NCBI GenBank assembly: GCA_964413755.1
Contig: CAYPTW010000001.1
Span: 1 to 57,012, forward strand
DNA: 57,012 nucleotides
DNA from: an uncultured Thioalkalivibrio sp.
GTDB taxonomy: Bacteria; Pseudomonadota; Gammaproteobacteria; Steroidobacterales; XN24
Direction of reading: 5' to 3'
Every line of letters starts with the position of its first letter. Within the stretch, counting starts at the first letter, position 1. The notes below the pieces were generated by a model, which saw nothing but the letters and a program-made list of their open reading frames with translations, was not told where the DNA came from and ran no database searches. Of this stretch, positions 53,339 to 57,012 are shown piece by piece. Made by a program: the position numbers and the translations under genes.

Positions 53339-56239
53339 ATGATCAAGACTCGCAGAACCCCCATCGTCCTGGCGCTGGCCGCCGCGGCCTGGCTGGCCGC
53401 AGGTTGCGCCGCGCCGGCCGCCACGGAGACCGCCGCGCCCGCAGCCGCGCCCTCCGGCGACGCGTTGTTCGACCTGCCGCGCCAGGAGCGCGAGCTGGCC
53501 AACGGGCTGAAGGTCATCGTCGTGAAGACGGACTACCCGGATATCGTCAGCCTGCAGATCCCGGTGCAGACGGGTTCGCGCAACGAGGTCGAGCCCGGCA
53601 AGACCGGCTTCGCCCATTTCTTCGAGCACATGATGTTCCGCGGCACCAAGAACGTCTCGCCGGAAGAGTTCAACGCCGCACTGAAGCGCGCTGGCGCCGA
53701 CATCAACGCTTACACCACTGACGACTACACCAACTACCACATCGACTTCACCAAGGCCGACCTGGAGACCATCCTGGCGCTCGAGGCCGACCGCTTCATG
53801 CACCTGTCCTACGGCGAGGACGTGTTCCGTACCGAGGCGCTGGCCGTGAAGGGCGAGTACATCAAGAACAGCGCCAACCCGATCCGCAAGCTGTTCGAGC
53901 AGGTGCGCGATGCGCACTACGAGAAGCACACCTACAAGCACACCACGATGGGCTTTTTCGACGACATCGTCGCAATGCCGGAGCAGTACGAGTACTCGAA
54001 GTTGTTCTTCGACCGCTGGTACCGGCCGGAAAAGGCGGCCATCGTGCTGGTCGGCGACCTCGAGTTCGAGCCGACCTTCGCCCTGGTGGAGAAGTACTTC
54101 GGCCCCTGGGAGCGCGGCAGCTACGAGGCGCAGATCCCGGTCGAGCCGCCGGGTGACGGCCCGACTTCGGTCTACGTGCCGGTCGAGAGTCCGACGCAGC
54201 CCTGGATTGCGGTGGCCTTCCGCGGCCCGGGCTTCGACCCCGCGAATCCCGACACGGCGGCGATCCGCATGCTGGCGCAGCATTACTTCTCCGACAACTC
54301 GGAGCTGTACCGCAAGCTGGTGCTGGAGCGCCAGGTGGTGGACCAGTTGTTCGCCTACACGGGCATGAACCGGGACCCCGGCCTGTTCTGGGTGTTCGCC
54401 CGCGTCTCGGAACAGGAGGCAGCGGCAGAGGTTCGCGATGAGATCCTGGCGACCTTCGCCCGTGCCCGCACCGAATCCATCGCTCCCGCTGAGCTGGAGC
54501 GGATCAAGGACCGCATGCGCTATGGCTTCCTGTCCGGCCTCGACAACTCGGTCGACATCGCCGGGGCGCTCGCGGAAGTGGTGCAATACGAGCGCACCGT
54601 CGAAACGGTCAACCAGCTCTATGCGACCCTCGCGGCGCTCGAGCCGGCCGACCTGGCAGCGGCCGCCAACCGGTATTTCCGCGACGACGTGCGCACCATC
54701 GGCGTCATCGCCCAGGGCGACGCGCTCGCCGGCCTCGAGTCCGGCGCGCCGTCCGTGGACGCCCTGGCGGCTGCCGCGCAGGCGACCGATCCGGCGGACT
54801 TCGCGCTCGTCGAGCGCCGCAGCGAGAGCTCGCCGCTGGTCAACGTGTCCTTCGTGTTCCGCGCCGGCGCGGCGCTGGACCCGCCGGGAAAGAAGGGCCT
54901 GGCGCAGCTCACCGCCATGATGGTCGCCGACGGCGGCTCCGCGGCGCGTCCCATCGACGAGATCCGGGATGCCATGTATCCGATGGCCGCCGGCTTCGGC
55001 GCCCGGGTCGGCAAGGAGATGGTGACCTTCGGCGGCACCGTGCACCGTGACAACCTGCCCGGCTGGTACGCCCTGGTGGGCGAGCAGTTGCTCACGCCGG
55101 GCTGGCGCGAAGAAGACTTCAGCCGCCTCAAGACCCAGCTGGTGAACGCCATCCTGTCCGATCTCGTGGCCAACAACGACGAGGAGCTCGGCAAGGAGGC
55201 GCTGTACCAGTTCATCTACGGACCGGCGCATGCCTACGGCACGCTGACGCTGGGGCTGGTGGAGGACGTAGAGTCCCTGACGCTGGAAGACGTCAAGGCC
55301 TTCTATGCAGGGCACTACGCGCCGGCCAACCTCACCGTGGGGCTGGCGGGCGGCTATCCGGAGGACTTCGCAGCGCGCTTGCGCCGCGACCTGGCGGGCC
55401 TGCCGGAAGGAACCGCGGTGGCGATCGAGCCCGGTGCCACCCCGGCCATCGACGGACACCAGGCGTTGATCCTGGAGAAGGACACCATGGCGCATGCCGT
55501 GTCCTTCGGCTTTCCCATCGACCTGAAGCGCGGCGACCGCGACTGGACCGCGCTGTGGCTGGCGACGCAGTGGCTGGGCCAGCACCGCAGCCAGAATTCG
55601 CACCTCTACGACCGCATCCGCGAAAAGCGCGGCATGAACTACGGCGACTACGCCTATGTCGAGTACTTCCCGCGCGGCATGTACCTCACCCAGCCGGAGC
55701 CCAACCTGTACCGCCAGCAGCAGATCTTCCAGGTCTGGCTGCGGCCGCTGACCGGCAACGACACGGCGCACTTCGCTACCCGGGTGGCCATGTTCGAGCT
55801 GGACAAGCTCATCGAGCGGGGGCTCTCGGCGGCCGAGTTCGAGGCGACGCGTGCGTTTCTCGACAAGTGGGTCGCGCAGCTGGTGAGCTCGCAGCCCGCC
55901 CTGCTCGGCTACGCCATCGACAGCGCCTGGTACGGCATTCCCGATTTTCCCGCCTACGTGCGTGCGGAACTGGCGCAGCTGACCGTAGAGGACGTGAACC
56001 GCGTGATCCGCGAGCACCTCTCTACGGAGGACGTGAAATTCGTCTTCATTACGCCGGATGCCGCCGACCTGAAGCAGCGCCTGGTCACGGACCAGCCTTC
56101 GCCGATGCAGTACAACTCGCCCAAGCCGGACGAGTTGCTCGCGGAGGACAAGGTGATCGAGGTGCTGCCGCTCGGTTTCAGTGCGGATTCCGTCCAGGTC
56201 GTGCCCGCGGACGACGTGTTCCGCCGGCCGCCAGAATGA
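53339..56239 (+). CDS. M16 family zinc peptidase lipoprotein (two-module fusion)
   Basis: Lipobox LAAGC, GFAHFFEHMMF (HxxEH), NAYT and C-terminal IREKRGMNYG (R/Y pair). Confidence 0.93.
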   Translation: MIKTRRTPIVLALAAAAWLAAGCAAPAATETAAPAAAPSGDALFDLPRQERELANGLKVIVVKTDYPDIVSLQIPVQTGSRNEVEPGKTGFAHFFEHMMFRGTKNVSPEEFNAALKRAGADINAYTTDDYTNYHIDFTKADLETILALEADRFMHLSYGEDVFRTEALAVKGEYIKNSANPIRKLFEQVRDAHYEKHTYKHTTMGFFDDIVAMPEQYEYSKLFFDRWYRPEKAAIVLVGDLEFEPTFALVEKYFGPWERGSYEAQIPVEPPGDGPTSVYVPVESPTQPWIAVAFRGPGFDPANPDTAAIRMLAQHYFSDNSELYRKLVLERQVVDQLFAYTGMNRDPGLFWVFARVSEQEAAAEVRDEILATFARARTESIAPAELERIKDRMRYGFLSGLDNSVDIAGALAEVVQYERTVETVNQLYATLAALEPADLAAAANRYFRDDVRTIGVIAQGDALAGLESGAPSVDALAAAAQATDPADFALVERRSESSPLVNVSFVFRAGAALDPPGKKGLAQLTAMMVADGGSAARPIDEIRDAMYPMAAGFGARVGKEMVTFGGTVHRDNLPGWYALVGEQLLTPGWREEDFSRLKTQLVNAILSDLVANNDEELGKEALYQFIYGPAHAYGTLTLGLVEDVESLTLEDVKAFYAGHYAPANLTVGLAGGYPEDFAARLRRDLAGLPEGTAVAIEPGATPAIDGHQALILEKDTMAHAVSFGFPIDLKRGDRDWTALWLATQWLGQHRSQNSHLYDRIREKRGMNYGDYAYVEYFPRGMYLTQPEPNLYRQQQIFQVWLRPLTGNDTAHFATRVAMFELDKLIERGLSAAEFEATRAFLDKWVAQLVSSQPALLGYAIDSAWYGIPDFPAYVRAELAQLTVEDVNRVIREHLSTEDVKFVFITPDAADLKQRLVTDQPSPMQYNSPKPDELLAEDKVIEVLPLGFSADSVQVVPADDVFRRPPE

Positions 56240-56258
56240 ACACAGGAGCCTGACTGCC

Positions 56259-56573
56259 ATGAGCCCGGAAATCGACCCGCGCACGCGCACCGAGATCGAG
56301 GCGGCGGCCTTCCGCAAGCTGTTGCAGCACCTGCAGAAGTACCCGGAGGTGCAGAACCTCGACCTGATGAACCTGGCCTACTTCTGCCGCAACTGCATCT
56401 CCAAGTGGTACGCCGGCGCGGCCGGCGAGCACGGCGTTGAGCTCGATTACGACCAGGCGCGCGAGATCGTCTACGGCATGCCCTACGGCGAGTACAAGCG
56501 GCAGTACCAGCAGGAGGCGACGCCGGAGAAGCTGGAGAAGTTTGCCGTGGCGGAGCGCAAGGCGACGCCCTAG
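56259..56573 (+). CDS. DUF1244 domain protein
   Basis: [30 protein letters not shown] and [18 protein letters not shown]. Confidence 0.88.
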   Translation: MSPEIDPRTRTEIEAAAFRKLLQHLQKYPEVQNLDLMNLAYFCRNCISKWYAGAAGEHGVELDYDQAREIVYGMPYGEYKRQYQQEATPEKLEKFAVAERKATP

Positions 56574-57012
56574 CTTTCGCGCTGCTGCGCCTCGACCTCG
56601 CGGTGCCCCGGCACCATGACGCGCGCCATGATGATGCCGGCCTCGAAGAGGATGTAGACGGGGACCGCCAGCAGCGTCTGGGAGATGATGTCGGGCGGCG
56701 TCAGCAGCATGCCGAGCACGAAGGCGCCGAGCAGCACGTAGGGTCGCTTCTGGCCCAGCTTGGCGGGCGTGGTGAAGCCGGCCCAGACCGCCAGCACCGT
56801 CGCCACCGGCACCTCGAAGGCAAAGCCGAAGGCGAAGAACAGCGCGAGGACGAAATCGAGGTAGGCCGAGATGTCCGTCATCACCGCCACGCCCGTGGGG
56901 GCCACGGCGGTGAAGAAGCCGAACATGAGCGGGAACACCACGTAATAGGCAAAGGCCACGCCGGCATAGAACAGGAAGATGCTGGAGACCATGAGCGGCA
57001 GCACCAGCCGGC
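56570..57012 (-). CDS. tatC: Twin-arginine translocase subunit TatC (5' end outside the window)
   Basis: [34 protein letters not shown] and LTPPDIISQ. Confidence 0.96.
   Translation of the reverse strand, partial: RLVLPLMVSSIFLFYAGVAFAYYVVFPLMFGFFTAVAPTGVAVMTDISAYLDFVLALFFAFGFAFEVPVATVLAVWAGFTTPAKLGQKRPYVLLGAFVLGMLLTPPDIISQTLLAVPVYILFEAGIIMARVMVPGHREVEAQQRES

Noticed and set aside
53234-56317. 1027 aa antisense ORF, and similar long ORFs at 31765-34038, 17310-19328, 43113-45176, 35073-36596 and 51769-53517
   Set aside because: They are shadow frames of well-supported genes, expected from high-GC codon bias. No motifs or RBS. Only the 3' part of 43113-45176 (the rhodanese gene) is real.

Overview
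Chromosomal origin region of a high-GC (about 70% by eye) gammaproteobacterium. The core is rpmH-rnpA-yidD-yidC-mnmE, divergent from dnaA-oriC-dnaN-recF-gyrB. oriC lies between dnaA and dnaN (DnaA boxes, IHF-like site, AT-rich DUE with DnaA-trio-like repeats), and two parS sites lie inside recF. To the left are atpIBEFH and rsmG-parA-parB. These are separated from mnmG by a ~12.4 kb block holding two orphan OppA lipoproteins, SIMPL, two monoheme cytochromes c, an FeS-type photolyase/cryptochrome and an MBL hydrolase-acuI-prpBCD operon. To the right are glyQS-plsC, sigma54/NtrC-controlled glnA-DUF4124-ntrBC, a class 1 pyrD, trmL and yibN-grxC-secB-gpsA. Next comes a long same-strand run: envC-ctpA-degenerate GGDEF-DUF2214-ComB-like phosphatase-ppk2-tail-less encapsulated-ferritin-VC0807-holin-like. 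The window ends with EamA, a POT transporter, an M16 lipoprotein peptidase, DUF1244 and a partial tatC. I saw no rRNA, tRNA, CRISPR, IS or prophage. The best candidates for novelty are the ppk2/shell-less EncFtn module, the MBL-acuI-prp operon, the degenerate GGDEF coupled to envC-ctpA, and an rnpA that has no usable canonical start downstream of rpmH. All calls come from reading motifs by eye; no searches were run.
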